Shown here piece after piece: positions 41,257-50,882 of a stretch of DNA of 64,000 bases. The notes beneath the pieces are model-generated. The model saw only the letters and a program-made list of their open reading frames with translations. It searched no databases and had not been told where the DNA came from. Both the position numbers and the translations under genes were made by a program. Each line of letters begins with the position of its first letter. Position 1 is the stretch's first letter. Origin of the DNA: an uncultured Verrucomicrobiae bacterium (GTDB taxonomy: Bacteria > Verrucomicrobiota > Verrucomicrobiia > Chthoniobacterales > Terrimicrobiaceae); assembly GCA_963706955.1 (NCBI GenBank), contig CAVPOC010000008.1:128001-192000 (forward strand), given 5' to 3'.

Positions 41257-42522
41257 ATGGTGAACGAAGAACAGTTGGAAACGACAGCCACGATCCTTCA
41301 TGCTGACCTGGATGCGTTCTATGCTTCGGTCGAGCAGTTGCTCGATCCATCCTTGCGCGGCAGCCCCATCGCCGTCGGTGGCGGAGTTGTGCTCGCCGCT
41401 TCCTACGAAGCCAGGGCCTGCGGGGTCCGCGGGGGTATGCCAGGCAGACGAGCGCGCGAGCTCTGTCCGCAGCTCGTTTTTGTTAGCGGCCATTTCCAGG
41501 ACTACCAGCGGCTGGGCGATGCGGCCATCAAGGTAATTAAGGATTTTACGCCCCTCGTTGAGCGGATTTCCATCGATGAGGCCTTTGCCGACGTTGCGGG
41601 CTGCACCCATCTGTTCGGTCCGCCGGCCGAAATTGCCGGAGCAATCCGACGTCGTGTCCGGACGGAGCTCGGCCTTCCGATCTCAATCGGCGTGGCGCGC
41701 ACCAAGCACTTGGCGAAGATCGCCTCACAAGCAGCCAAGCCCGACGGGCTGGTGGTGGTCGATCCCGGCACCGAACTGGACTTTCTTCACGATCTGCCTG
41801 TCGAACTGATGTGGGGCGTGGGCCCGGTCAGTAAGGCGCGGCTGGCCGACATCGGTGTACATACCATCGGACAATTGGCGCGCACACCGGGACAGTCGCT
41901 CACGCAGTTGCTTGGTCCCGCAGCGGGAGAGAAACTCGCGGCGCTCGCGTGGAATCGCGATCCTCGGGAAATCAGGACTCATCGGCGGGCAGGATCGGCG
42001 GGCGCACAGTCAGCACTCGGCAGCAAGCCTGCTGAAGAGCGCGTTTTCCGACCCACCCTGCGCCATCTAGCGGACAGGATTTGCAGCCGGCTCCGGGCCA
42101 GGTCCCGGCCCGGCCGAACGGTGGCGGTCCGGGTTCGCTTCGTCGACCTGCGCTCCGTCAGCCGTTCCGTAACGCTCGGCGCGCCGATTTCGACGACAGC
42201 AATCCTTGCCGAGATCGCAGAAGAACTCGTGCGCACGGTGCTCGCGCAGCATCCGGATGAGAAGACCATCTCGCTTCTGGCGATTTCCGTATCGAATCTC
42301 GAGGAGCACCCAGAGCTGCAGCTCGAGCTTCCGCTCGGGCTTGCGGATGAGAAGCGCCGTCCTGGCAGCGAAAGAAGTATGGCGCGCTCGGCGGCCGATC
42401 GCGCTGTCGACGCCATCCGCAATCGCTTCGGATGGAACGCGGTTGGATACGGATCGGTCGCACTGGGAGTTTCCCGCTCCGTGCCGGACGCGTTTCGCGA
42501 GCTCGCCGAAAAGGAGCTTTGA
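41257..42522 (+). CDS. dinB: DNA polymerase IV (Y family)
   Basis: ILHADLDAFYASVE, AASYEAR, SIDEAF, LAKIAS..AKPDG, WGVG. Confidence 0.95.
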   Translation: MVNEEQLETTATILHADLDAFYASVEQLLDPSLRGSPIAVGGGVVLAASYEARACGVRGGMPGRRARELCPQLVFVSGHFQDYQRLGDAAIKVIKDFTPLVERISIDEAFADVAGCTHLFGPPAEIAGAIRRRVRTELGLPISIGVARTKHLAKIASQAAKPDGLVVVDPGTELDFLHDLPVELMWGVGPVSKARLADIGVHTIGQLARTPGQSLTQLLGPAAGEKLAALAWNRDPREIRTHRRAGSAGAQSALGSKPAEERVFRPTLRHLADRICSRLRARSRPGRTVAVRVRFVDLRSVSRSVTLGAPISTTAILAEIAEELVRTVLAQHPDEKTISLLAISVSNLEEHPELQLELPLGLADEKRRPGSERSMARSAADRAVDAIRNRFGWNAVGYGSVALGVSRSVPDAFRELAEKEL

Positions 42523-42586
42523 CTTCACGCGCGCAACAGTTGACGGCGAGCGTTTCGGTGCCCTTGAGGCGGGTGGAGGCGGACCT

Positions 42587-42791
42587 GGGGTCAAAAGGGG
42601 AGACAACAAACCCTTAGGAGCATCTGTCAAGATCCGACCCCAGCTGCAACCCACGCAGAGTGCTCGGCGGGGACGCCGAGCACCACACCCGAGACGGGGA
42701 TGCTCCCCGGAAACGCGCAGAACGACCGGTCACGCACCGACAATTTACCTAAGCATGCGAAAGCCGCCGCAATTTCTGGCTCTCTGACCCC
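42587..42791. repeat. Cluster of GGGGTC/GACCCC ends with a nested REP
   Basis: GGGGTCAAAAG at 42587, GTCAAGATCCGACCCC ending at 42641, REP at 42660-42708, GCTCTCTGACCCC ending at 42791. Confidence 0.6.
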
Positions 42792-42845
42792 AAGCATCGA
42801 CAATCCGCGGAAAGTGTTTCACGCTGCTTGGGGCTTGGAGGAACC

Positions 42846-43616
42846 ATGGAGAAAAAGAAAGTTCTACTGGTCGGCGAAAGCTGGGTCACTTCGGCAAATC
42901 ACACCAAGGGATGGGACACGTTCTCGAGCGTGACGTTTCACTTGGGGGCCGAACCGCTCGTCGACGCCCTGAAGGACAGCCCATTCGAGCTGACCTACAT
43001 GAAGGCGCATGAAGCGGCCCTCGACTTTCCACTCTCCCTGGAAGGGCTCACCCACTACGACGCTATTCTGCTGTCCGATATCGGTTCGAACACGCTGTTG
43101 CTGCATCCGGACGTCTGGCTTCAGGGAAAGACGGTCCCCAACCGCCTCAAGCTCCTGAAGGAATATTCGGCCCAGGGCGGCGGGCTCATGATGATCGGCG
43201 GCTACTTTTCATTTCAGGGGATCGACGGCAGGGCCCGCTGGCACAAGACAGCAGTCGAAGAGGTCTTGCCGGTTACCTGTATTCCCTATGACGACCGCTT
43301 CGAAGCACCTGAAGGGATTGTCGCCGAGATAACCATGCCGTCTCATCCCATCGTGTCGGGGCTCGACACACCATGGCCCGCCCTGCTTGGGGTAAATGAG
43401 GTGAAGGTCAAGGAGCGTCAGGACGTGCAGGTCATTGCGCGCCTCCCGGCAGATCAAGGTGGCCACCCCCTGCTTGTAGCTGGAAGCCATGGACATGGCC
43501 GGACCCTGGCATGGACGTCCGATATCGGGCCGCATTGGCTGCCAAACGCCTTCGTCGAATGGCCGGGCTACAAGCGGCTCTGGATTCAGGCGCTGGGCTG
43601 GCTCACCCGATCGTAG
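42846..43616 (+). CDS. DUF1355 / glutamine amidotransferase-like cytoplasmic protein
   Basis: VLLVGESW, ILLSDIGSNTLLL, GGGLMMIGGYFSFQG, WTSDIGPHW. Confidence 0.85.
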   Translation: MEKKKVLLVGESWVTSANHTKGWDTFSSVTFHLGAEPLVDALKDSPFELTYMKAHEAALDFPLSLEGLTHYDAILLSDIGSNTLLLHPDVWLQGKTVPNRLKLLKEYSAQGGGLMMIGGYFSFQGIDGRARWHKTAVEEVLPVTCIPYDDRFEAPEGIVAEITMPSHPIVSGLDTPWPALLGVNEVKVKERQDVQVIARLPADQGGHPLLVAGSHGHGRTLAWTSDIGPHWLPNAFVEWPGYKRLWIQALGWLTRS

Positions 43617-43622
43617 TCCCTG

Positions 43623-43765
43623 ATGCTCCATGTCCTTGGAAACGCAGACAGGGGATACCACGTTTCGCGTGGAGATCCTGCCGAGATCAGGGGATACACT
43701 CAATGCGCGCATCAAGTATGGCGGACTGGGCGGCAAAGGCTGAATCAGGCAATCGCCACCGGCAC
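43623..43765 (+). pseudogene. N-terminal fragment of a ribokinase (PfkB family)
   Basis: MLHVLGNA/DTTFRVEILPRSGDTL...GLGGKG/NQAIA across frames. Confidence 0.6.
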
Positions 43766-43857
43766 GGAATCCTGGCCGCGCGCGCCCGCCTGTTAACGGG
43801 CTGCCCGCTGCACCGCCGTACCGGCCGTCTGACACAAATGTTCCTGAGGCCCTTTTT

Positions 43858-44640
43858 ATGATATACGTAAAATGTTTTATGAAGAACGATCTGGAGAAAA
43901 TGAGGTCGCCTGGCTTTCGCCCCTTCCTGTTTCTGCGCGGCATTCTGGCGGCGGCGTCCATCTCGGCTTTTGCGTGGACTGATGCCGCGCGGGCGGTTGA
44001 TCAAGATCTCGACTGGGTCGGCTTATGGAGCGACTGTCTTGCGCGGCAAAAGGGCCTGATGTGGAACAAGGAGACCCGTCGCGCTCTGTCCGCCTATGCG
44101 GAACGCTTTGAAAGACTCAGGGACAGGTCGCTGGCGGAAAAATGCGCCGCCGTTAACGCGGCTGTCAACAAGGACATTGCCTTCGTATGGGACCAGTGGA
44201 ATTACGCGATTGAGGAACGTTTCGCCACCCCCGCCGAAACTCTGCGCGAGGGCAGGGGCGACTGCGAGGATTACGCCATCATGAAGTATTTCTTGCTGCG
44301 CCATCTGGATGTGCCAGCCGACAACCTGCTGCTGGCGGTGGTCGACATTCCCGACGGGATACACATGGTCGTTCTGGCGGGAGAGGTACTCCCCCTCTTC
44401 CAGGCCGGAAACCGCGGTTTCTTCGTGGGCACGCGCCCGAAGGGCATCCTGGTCCTAGACAACAAGAATCAGGACAAACCGCCGCCCGCGCTCGAAAGCG
44501 CGCCCTATCACGACGCCCATTTTCTCTTGAACGAAAAGAAGGCTCTGAAAAAGGGCGGCGACAACGTATGGCGGATGGAGCGGGAATATAAACCAGTTCC
44601 GCTGTCAAGACTCTTCCCGGTCAGAAAGGCTTCGCCATAG
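43858..44640 (+). CDS. Transglutaminase-like cysteine proteinase (BTLCP/LapG-like)
   Basis: ATPAETL..GRGDCEDYAIMKY, HMVVL, VLDN (Cys-His-Asp triad); signal peptide. Confidence 0.85.
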   Translation: MIYVKCFMKNDLEKMRSPGFRPFLFLRGILAAASISAFAWTDAARAVDQDLDWVGLWSDCLARQKGLMWNKETRRALSAYAERFERLRDRSLAEKCAAVNAAVNKDIAFVWDQWNYAIEERFATPAETLREGRGDCEDYAIMKYFLLRHLDVPADNLLLAVVDIPDGIHMVVLAGEVLPLFQAGNRGFFVGTRPKGILVLDNKNQDKPPPALESAPYHDAHFLLNEKKALKKGGDNVWRMEREYKPVPLSRLFPVRKASP

Positions 44641-44989
44641 CCACCGCCACGATGATCAGAGGGAGGATCGTCGGCACCTCGTCCGGAAGCGGTGGAAATC
44701 GCGGGTGTTCCCGTCGCGCTCGAAAATCTTGTGCCAGCGCGCATAGAGCCCATACACCGCGCTCATCAAGAAGGGCGAGCACGGCTCACCCGTCGTCTTC
44801 GCCAGCAATTCACGAAGACCGAACAGACGGAGGCAAGAAGGGGTCGGTCATTCAATATTGCTTTGTGGGAACATGCCTCAGCGAGTCGGTGTCGGAGCGT
44901 CCACTCTGCAGCGGATATCAGGAATTACTGTCTGACCCTTTTGCTTCCCGGACCCCTTTCGCTAGAGAGGGGCCTCCTCCGGTCATCGT

Positions 44990-45370
44990 GCATGGGCGGG
45001 GAATGAATGCCTGCTCCGAGGGGTATCGGCGCAACTCGGCAAGCATCAAACTATCGGCGCCAGCTGGCTGGCGCAGCTTCTCGAGACCATCAGTCGCGGC
45101 TGCATCGACCTGCACGACATTTTCTGCGCTCGTATAGACGGTGGGGATTCCTGCATCGATTTGAGGTAACATCAGTCGGCGTAAGCCGCAGGAAACAGAT
45201 CGTCACAGCGTCCGCCGAAATTCGCGGCGAAACTCATCGAGGGCACTAATCCCAGCTCGACGATCTTCACCTAACGCCGAACATCCCCAGTTCATAAGCG
45301 AGCGATTCCGAGAAACCCTCGAAGGCGTAGTTGCTCACCGTATAGGCCGCGAAGCAACAAGGGATCAGCA
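44990..45370 (-). pseudogene. Decayed short-chain dehydrogenase (C-terminal half)
   Basis: AAYTVSNYAFEGFSESLAYELGMFGV/VKIVE...PTVYTSAENV..AAATDG..LRQPAGADS, with stops and frameshifts. Confidence 0.6.
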
Positions 45371-45678
45371 TCAAATATTGATTATTAGATCGTCCAACTG
45401 GCCATCTCCATCGGGTCTTATTTCACCGAGGGGGAGATCCAGATCCTGCAAAAGGCTGTCGGTCCCGGTCATGCTGTCAACGGGTCAATAGGACTAGTCA
45501 GGTCGTCCTTAAGCACGTCGGGGATGTCAGCCAAGAAAGGCGCAGAGCTTGCCAAGGGGCGCCGGTGGTGCAAAGATGTCACAAATCTGAAGTAGGCGGA
45601 GGATACCCCCCGCTAGGTCCTTCGCCTCTTTCAGGCCGGTAATGGCAGAACGAATATGGCGGGGAAGAAAGGAAGCAA

Positions 45679-45870
45679 GTGAAACGAGCCTTAATCACAA
45701 TGATCGGTGCCACAATGTTGCTAATCGGCGCCACCACGATAGCCACTGCAGCGGACAAGCTCGTCGTCCCGGTCTACAAAATGCCCGGTAGCGACAAGCT
45801 CGTAGTGCCGGTCTACAAAATGCCCGGTAGCGACAAGCTCGTAGTCCACGTTTACAAAATGCCCGGTTAG
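45679..45870 (+). CDS. 63 aa secreted peptide with three 13 aa tandem repeats
   Basis: RBS AGGAAG, GTG start, signal peptide ending ATA-A, DKLVV(P/H)VYKMPG(S) x3 (39 bp period from 45754). Confidence 0.6.
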   Translation: MKRALITMIGATMLLIGATTIATAADKLVVPVYKMPGSDKLVVPVYKMPGSDKLVVHVYKMPG

Positions 45871-45957
45871 GCCTGTTCCAAAAAACGGGAAACCCCACTC
45901 CATCGTCGGGCCGCCTCGAAACCTGGTCTATGTGGATGGACCTACTGCGGCCAGTGT

Positions 45958-46359
45958 GGGGTCAGTCCTAATATTTTTACATTTTCCCGTAATCAGATTG
46001 CAGACCCACGGCGGGGGCGAGAAGAAGGGTCAGCCATTTGATATTGATTATCGCTAGCCGGCGGGAACGGATACACACACATTCGCCCTTATTTGGGAGC
46101 CAACCCCCTCGAGTCTCGCGAAGGCCTTACGGCCAAGTCGAGCGGCCGGCCGGGTCATTGTCCACTTCGCGAAGGGATGCTCCCACGCATGAAGCCGAAG
46201 GGAAGAGAGTTGGCGTTTTCCGCCATTCAATCAAGATCCGGATAAGCGAGCGTCCCGCTGAAGGGAAAAAAGAGCGCCGACAGCCAAACCAAGATTTGGG
46301 CCACGCTGCTACTCGTTGCAATTTCGTTGGAGAAAATTGCAATATTAATGGCTGACCCC
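45958..46359. mobile_element. Orphan GGGGTCAGTCC end plus an element of a third end type
   Basis: GGGGTCAGTCCTAATATT at 45958; GGGTCAGCCATT (46027) ... AATGGCTGACCCC (46359). Confidence 0.7.
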
Positions 46360-46476
46360 TTTCCCTCCGCGCTCAGCTCAACAGCACCCCAGAGTCGCTC
46401 CTGACCGTCTTAGCCGTCGCCTGTCCGTAACGCACAGTCTGCATGTACCATCGAGATGCGACCCCCGGGATTCTAT

Positions 46477-47460
46477 CTAAAACTTATGGATCCAGCGTAG
46501 GTTGATCCTGGATCCCTGGAAGCGATTCTGTGCTTCGACCTCATAATAGGCGTTAAAGAAGAGCTGGTCCCGGTTGGAGAAAACGTAGAGCGCGCCCGGG
46601 CCAATTGCGACGACTCTTTCCTTGCTATTCGGAATGGGTGTGCCGTTGAAGTTTGAATCGGTGATCTGCTGCAGATAGTACCCATTCACTCCGAGGTGCA
46701 GCTTTCCTTTCACGACCTCGACCGACGAGGCGAAGTTAAGGTGAATGGCTTGGCCAGGCTGGACGTTCGTGTCGGGGTTCCTCGAGTTCCAGAGATAGTG
46801 CAGGCGCCAGGACACGTTCCACCGAGGATGCAGGAGCAGTGTGGCGGCCCAATAGGGGTTGAAGCTGTAAATATTGCTGGCCGCGTTGACCTGCCTAAGA
46901 GAGTCGTAGGAGCCCGTCGGAAAAACAGCGTCGAGCTCGATGCGTTGCGCGAGAACGGGCCAGCCGTTGCCGCCGATCGGATCCCATTGGATGAAGGGAC
47001 CAAAGAAGATATCACCCAGGGAGAAGGACTTTTCCCGAAAACCGATGAAATCATCGGGATTAACGTCGGTGACAACCACAGGAATCGTCAGATCGAGACC
47101 CCAACGGCCCTTTGGCAGGATCTGCTGATTTGACTGATAAACCAACTGCGTGAGCATGATCCAGTTCTGCAGTTGGGGAGTTTCAAGCGTGCCGCGTGTC
47201 GTCGGAAGTTTGACCTCATTGCCTTCATAGTCGAGCAGTCGATTCGACATGTAGTACTGAAAGTATTGCTCCAGGTAGAGGCCAGGTCCGCCGGGCGGGG
47301 GAAGTCCATCAAAAAAGCTGGTCGCGCCCAGGTTCACGCCAGGAAGCTGGGCGTGGCCGGAAGCCGCAAAGCCAATACCGAACGCACCCAGTATGACGCA
47401 AATGAGGAGTGGCCGCCCGCAGGTCGACGCTTCACTGCCTCGGCGCGCCTTAAAGATCAT
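46477..47460 (-). CDS. Outer-membrane beta-barrel, SphA/phenol-MetA degradation family
   Basis: NLGATSFFDG, LGDIFFGP, FPTGSYD, GYYLQQITD, AIGPG, C-terminal Phe. Confidence 0.85.
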   Translation of the reverse strand: MIFKARRGSEASTCGRPLLICVILGAFGIGFAASGHAQLPGVNLGATSFFDGLPPPGGPGLYLEQYFQYYMSNRLLDYEGNEVKLPTTRGTLETPQLQNWIMLTQLVYQSNQQILPKGRWGLDLTIPVVVTDVNPDDFIGFREKSFSLGDIFFGPFIQWDPIGGNGWPVLAQRIELDAVFPTGSYDSLRQVNAASNIYSFNPYWAATLLLHPRWNVSWRLHYLWNSRNPDTNVQPGQAIHLNFASSVEVVKGKLHLGVNGYYLQQITDSNFNGTPIPNSKERVVAIGPGALYVFSNRDQLFFNAYYEVEAQNRFQGSRINLRWIHKF

Positions 47461-47849
47461 AGGTTATACGGATTGTGACCCGCTTTGATGGTGCGGACGG
47501 GTGACATCTCTCTCTGGCGTTCAATTGCGTAATCCTGCGAAGTTAGATAGACATAGGTTACCTGGCACTCTCCTCACATTCGATAGTGACGAGTTGGCCG
47601 AAATCGCTCTAAAGTCTTTAATCCCCGTAGGCGAGCGGTCGGCAGGGATGCAAAAAGCAGCCTCGCCGAAGACTCGTCAGCATGCGCCCCATCACGAGGG
47701 AGGTCAGTCCGCAGCAGGTCCTCCGTCGCCCGGCAAATAGCTCCGTTGGCCCCAAACTTGCCAAACAGGGATCTCGATAAAAATGCCTGCGCTCGAAACT
47801 TGTTTGGATTAAGTACGAGCACTTTCGAAAATCTGTGGTAGATGTATTG

Positions 47850-48197
47850 ATGCCTTCAAATTTCAGCTCCTTCTACCGTCGCGTCCCGGACAATGTCACT
47901 GAGGAGCTGGTGGCGGCCCTTTCGGGCTCGAAATCCTACGAGTTCAAAGCTCTTTTTAGCGTCATTCATGCGGCTCTCAGGGCTCGGAATGCCGCCGGCG
48001 GCGGCGAAGAAATGTTGCGGCTGCGCACTTACGAGAAGCTCCAGAACCTCGTGCGAGCGGGCCAGGTCAAGAAGACCGGCAAAAAATACAAGGGCGTGGC
48101 CAAGGCCCTGCTCCTTCTGAGCGAGACTCTGAAAGATTATCGGAAGAACGGTCCCTCCTTTTCCCGCAGGCTCGCGCTCGCTCCCAAACCCCTCTAA
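47850..48197 (+). CDS. Conserved-looking small basic protein (possibly nucleic-acid binding)
   Basis: GGGEEMLRLRTYEKLQNLVRAGQVKKTGKKYKG; codon usage looks coding. Confidence 0.65.
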   Translation: MPSNFSSFYRRVPDNVTEELVAALSGSKSYEFKALFSVIHAALRARNAAGGGEEMLRLRTYEKLQNLVRAGQVKKTGKKYKGVAKALLLLSETLKDYRKNGPSFSRRLALAPKPL

Positions 48198-48748
48198 GGG
48201 CAAGGGCAGATCAAAATCTGGCAAATCTTCCAGGACATTCCCCTGAAGATCATCGGGGAGCTTGGTCTGACGATGCTGGCTTGCCTGCCATTGAGCATTG
48301 CCAAAGACGGGTAGGACGACCGGCAGACTCATCAGGCCGTCGGCAGCGCAATCCGCCTTTTGCAAGCCAGACTCCCGAGTCTTACAAAGGCCGTTTGGCC
48401 GGGTCGTGCCGCCACCCCGGGTCAATGTCGATTTCGGGAATGGATGCGCCCACGACTGAAGCCGAACGGACAGACTCGGCGTTCCCCGCCACTCAATTAT
48501 CAAAGGATGCTGGATTTGGCGAGCGTCGCACTGAACGAAGAAGAACGCACATAGTCCCAACCACGCCCCTTGGGCAAAAGCTGCCACTCGTGGCACTCGC
48601 ACTAAAAAAACGCAATATCGAACTGGCTGAGCCCTTCGTTTCCTCTGCGGCAAAAAAATCGCGCCGATGTCCTGCGCGCGGCAAGTCGTTCGTCATCTCT
48701 TTAAGCTGAACGAACCGGCGAAAACTATTCACATAACGCAAAAAAGCT

Positions 48749-49276
48749 ATGAGCACTGCTACAGAAGAACCACCCACCCAAAATACGCCCGCCTGCAAGG
48801 AAATGCCCGGACCTGTCGAAGAACACGGACTGCTTGAAAAGTTTGTCGGTGAATGGGAGTCGGAAGGCGAAGCATTCATGGCCCCCGGGCAGCCGCCGAC
48901 GAAACTCAAAGGCGTCGAAAGCTCCCGCATGATCGGCGGCTTTTGGTTTGTTGCGCAAATCAAAAGCACCATTCCTGATTTTCCCTATGAGCAGATCCTG
49001 ACCGTCGGCTACGACCCTGCGAAGAAACAATACATCGGAACGGTGATCGATAGCATGACCAGCTACATTTGGCAGTTGGAGGGGACACTCGATGCCACGG
49101 GAAACGTTCTAACATGGGAAACGGAAGGGCCCGTGCCCGATCCGGCAAAGCCTTCCAAATTCCGAGAGGTGACGGAGCTGAAAAGTTCCGATCATAAAGT
49201 ATTTACCTCCTCGGTGCTTGGAGCGGATGGCTCGTGGAATACCGTGATGACCATTAATATCCGGAGGAAAAAGTAA
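48749..49276 (+). CDS. DUF1579 family protein
   Basis: EHGLLEKFVGEW, IGGFW, GYDPAKKQYIGTVIDSM. Confidence 0.85.
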   Translation: MSTATEEPPTQNTPACKEMPGPVEEHGLLEKFVGEWESEGEAFMAPGQPPTKLKGVESSRMIGGFWFVAQIKSTIPDFPYEQILTVGYDPAKKQYIGTVIDSMTSYIWQLEGTLDATGNVLTWETEGPVPDPAKPSKFREVTELKSSDHKVFTSSVLGADGSWNTVMTINIRRKK

Positions 49277-49364
49277 GCGCTACTATCGCAATTAAAAGCG
49301 AAGAACCCATACCGCTTCTTCCACAGATATATATTTGAAGATAAGAAAAGCCAAATAGCTAACG

Positions 49365-50096
49365 CTACTCTTTCTCAGTAGGGGTGTCGCGGATGATACT
49401 TTTCGTCGGCACTTCGACTGTTTTCCCATCGCTCGTTTTTATCCAGGAGACCTTCGGATCCGATACTATAATTTGCCCGATTAGGGTTCTGCCATCCAAC
49501 AATCGGATGATCTTCTGCTTGATGGAGTTTGGCGGACTTCCAGGAGGTGTTTGCAGCCGGGAGGGCGTGATTTGCGGCGTTGCAGAGGAAACGACCCGTG
49601 CTCGGACGACTTTGTTTCCACGACACGCAGGGCAAACCAATGTGCCAGTGCCCTTGCAGACTTTGCACAAGACCGTCGCCTTACCTCCACACGTCGGACA
49701 CTGACCAATATTCTCGGGCGTTCCGTTCCGTATTTCGATGACCTCCCCCACGTGGTCGCTCGTCCAAGCGTGCCATCCTTTGCTTCCAGTATACTTTTGC
49801 CAGAGTTCCTTGGGATCATGGCCCGGAACGTCCATGTGTTCCCATCTCCCCACGGAAAGCTTCATACATTTACCAGGACAATCGACTTGTCCGTTTTTGC
49901 ACCTCGAAGCTTTGCATACTACTGCGCCTGTTCCCTCACACCTTAGGCATTTTACAAGAGGTGCTCCCGAAGCGTCAACGGTTGGGAGTTTATCAGGCTC
50001 ACTGTTTGCAAGGATTCCGACAGAACTGTGGCCAAAATACCAATAAGCGCCTAAGGCCATCGCACAGACGGTCAAGAGATAAACAAATGATTTCAC
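49365..50096 (-). CDS. Exported protein with DnaJ-like CxxCxGxG zinc-finger repeats
   Basis: CLRCEGTG, CPTCGGKA, CKVCKGTG, CPACRGNK; N-terminal TM. Confidence 0.75.
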   Translation of the reverse strand: MKSFVYLLTVCAMALGAYWYFGHSSVGILANSEPDKLPTVDASGAPLVKCLRCEGTGAVVCKASRCKNGQVDCPGKCMKLSVGRWEHMDVPGHDPKELWQKYTGSKGWHAWTSDHVGEVIEIRNGTPENIGQCPTCGGKATVLCKVCKGTGTLVCPACRGNKVVRARVVSSATPQITPSRLQTPPGSPPNSIKQKIIRLLDGRTLIGQIIVSDPKVSWIKTSDGKTVEVPTKSIIRDTPTEKE

Positions 50097-50882
50097 GTAA
50101 CCTCAACCGTTGTCACAGGGAAGAGACGGAGGCCAGGTGAATCTTCCTCCCATAAGCAAACGGACTGGGCGCCGTCCAAAGGAGCGGTTTTGTTCGGACG
50201 ATGTGGGGCAATTGGCTTTTTGAAAATCCGCATCTGCCTCGCTGTGCCTGGAGGGCCATATACGGCGAGAAGACATAGACGCTCGGTCTGTCGAGCTTGA
50301 TTGTTTCGGCGGAAGGCAAAATTAGGGATGAATTGGCCGAGCGATTCTCAAAAGCGAATGTCTGGCCTGCCTAAGTTGCGCCTTGAAATGACAGCCGAAG
50401 ACATCAGAAGAAGCTGCTGGTAAATGGGATTGCCTGAGACGAGGGGACGGACGTCTTAGGAGGTAAAGGTGATATCACTTCGCGAATACTCTGCTGCGAT
50501 CAGAACTTTCCTATCAGGGCCACGAGTTCGCGGATCTTCGCATGGGCAAAAGCCCTCTCGTTCCCTGATCTAGCGGCTTAAGACGCGCGACCCTCAGGGG
50601 CGTCCGGCCATTCGGCCAGCCAAGGGCGCACTCCTCAACCAATTTTCCAACTTCATCACAATTCGCTACGTCCAGTTCAAGATCAGTTGATAAAAAGAGG
50701 CTGCGTTTGAGGCGACTTCAGCCGCTAGAACGGCCGGGTCGCCCCTTAGCATACCACTTTAGCAAATTCCTACCTCGGACAGATTGGGGTCGAAACTGAT
50801 TTCGCCTCAAACGCAACCGCCAAAACGACAAGGTCGATTGTGCTCGGCATCGATCTGCACGTTGAGGCCACTAACAAGAGAA

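Noticed and set aside
22558..46359. GGGGTC elements as CRISPR repeats or a true integron array
   Set aside because: Spacing is kilobases and irregular, no tyrosine integrase is in the window, cargo lies in both orientations and is often truncated, and only one partial attC-like site was found.
47500..47830. Possible riboswitch or ncRNA in long intergenic gaps (also 50100-50780, 57100-57780)
   Set aside because: No recognisable conserved RNA motif by eye; an Rfam scan would be needed.
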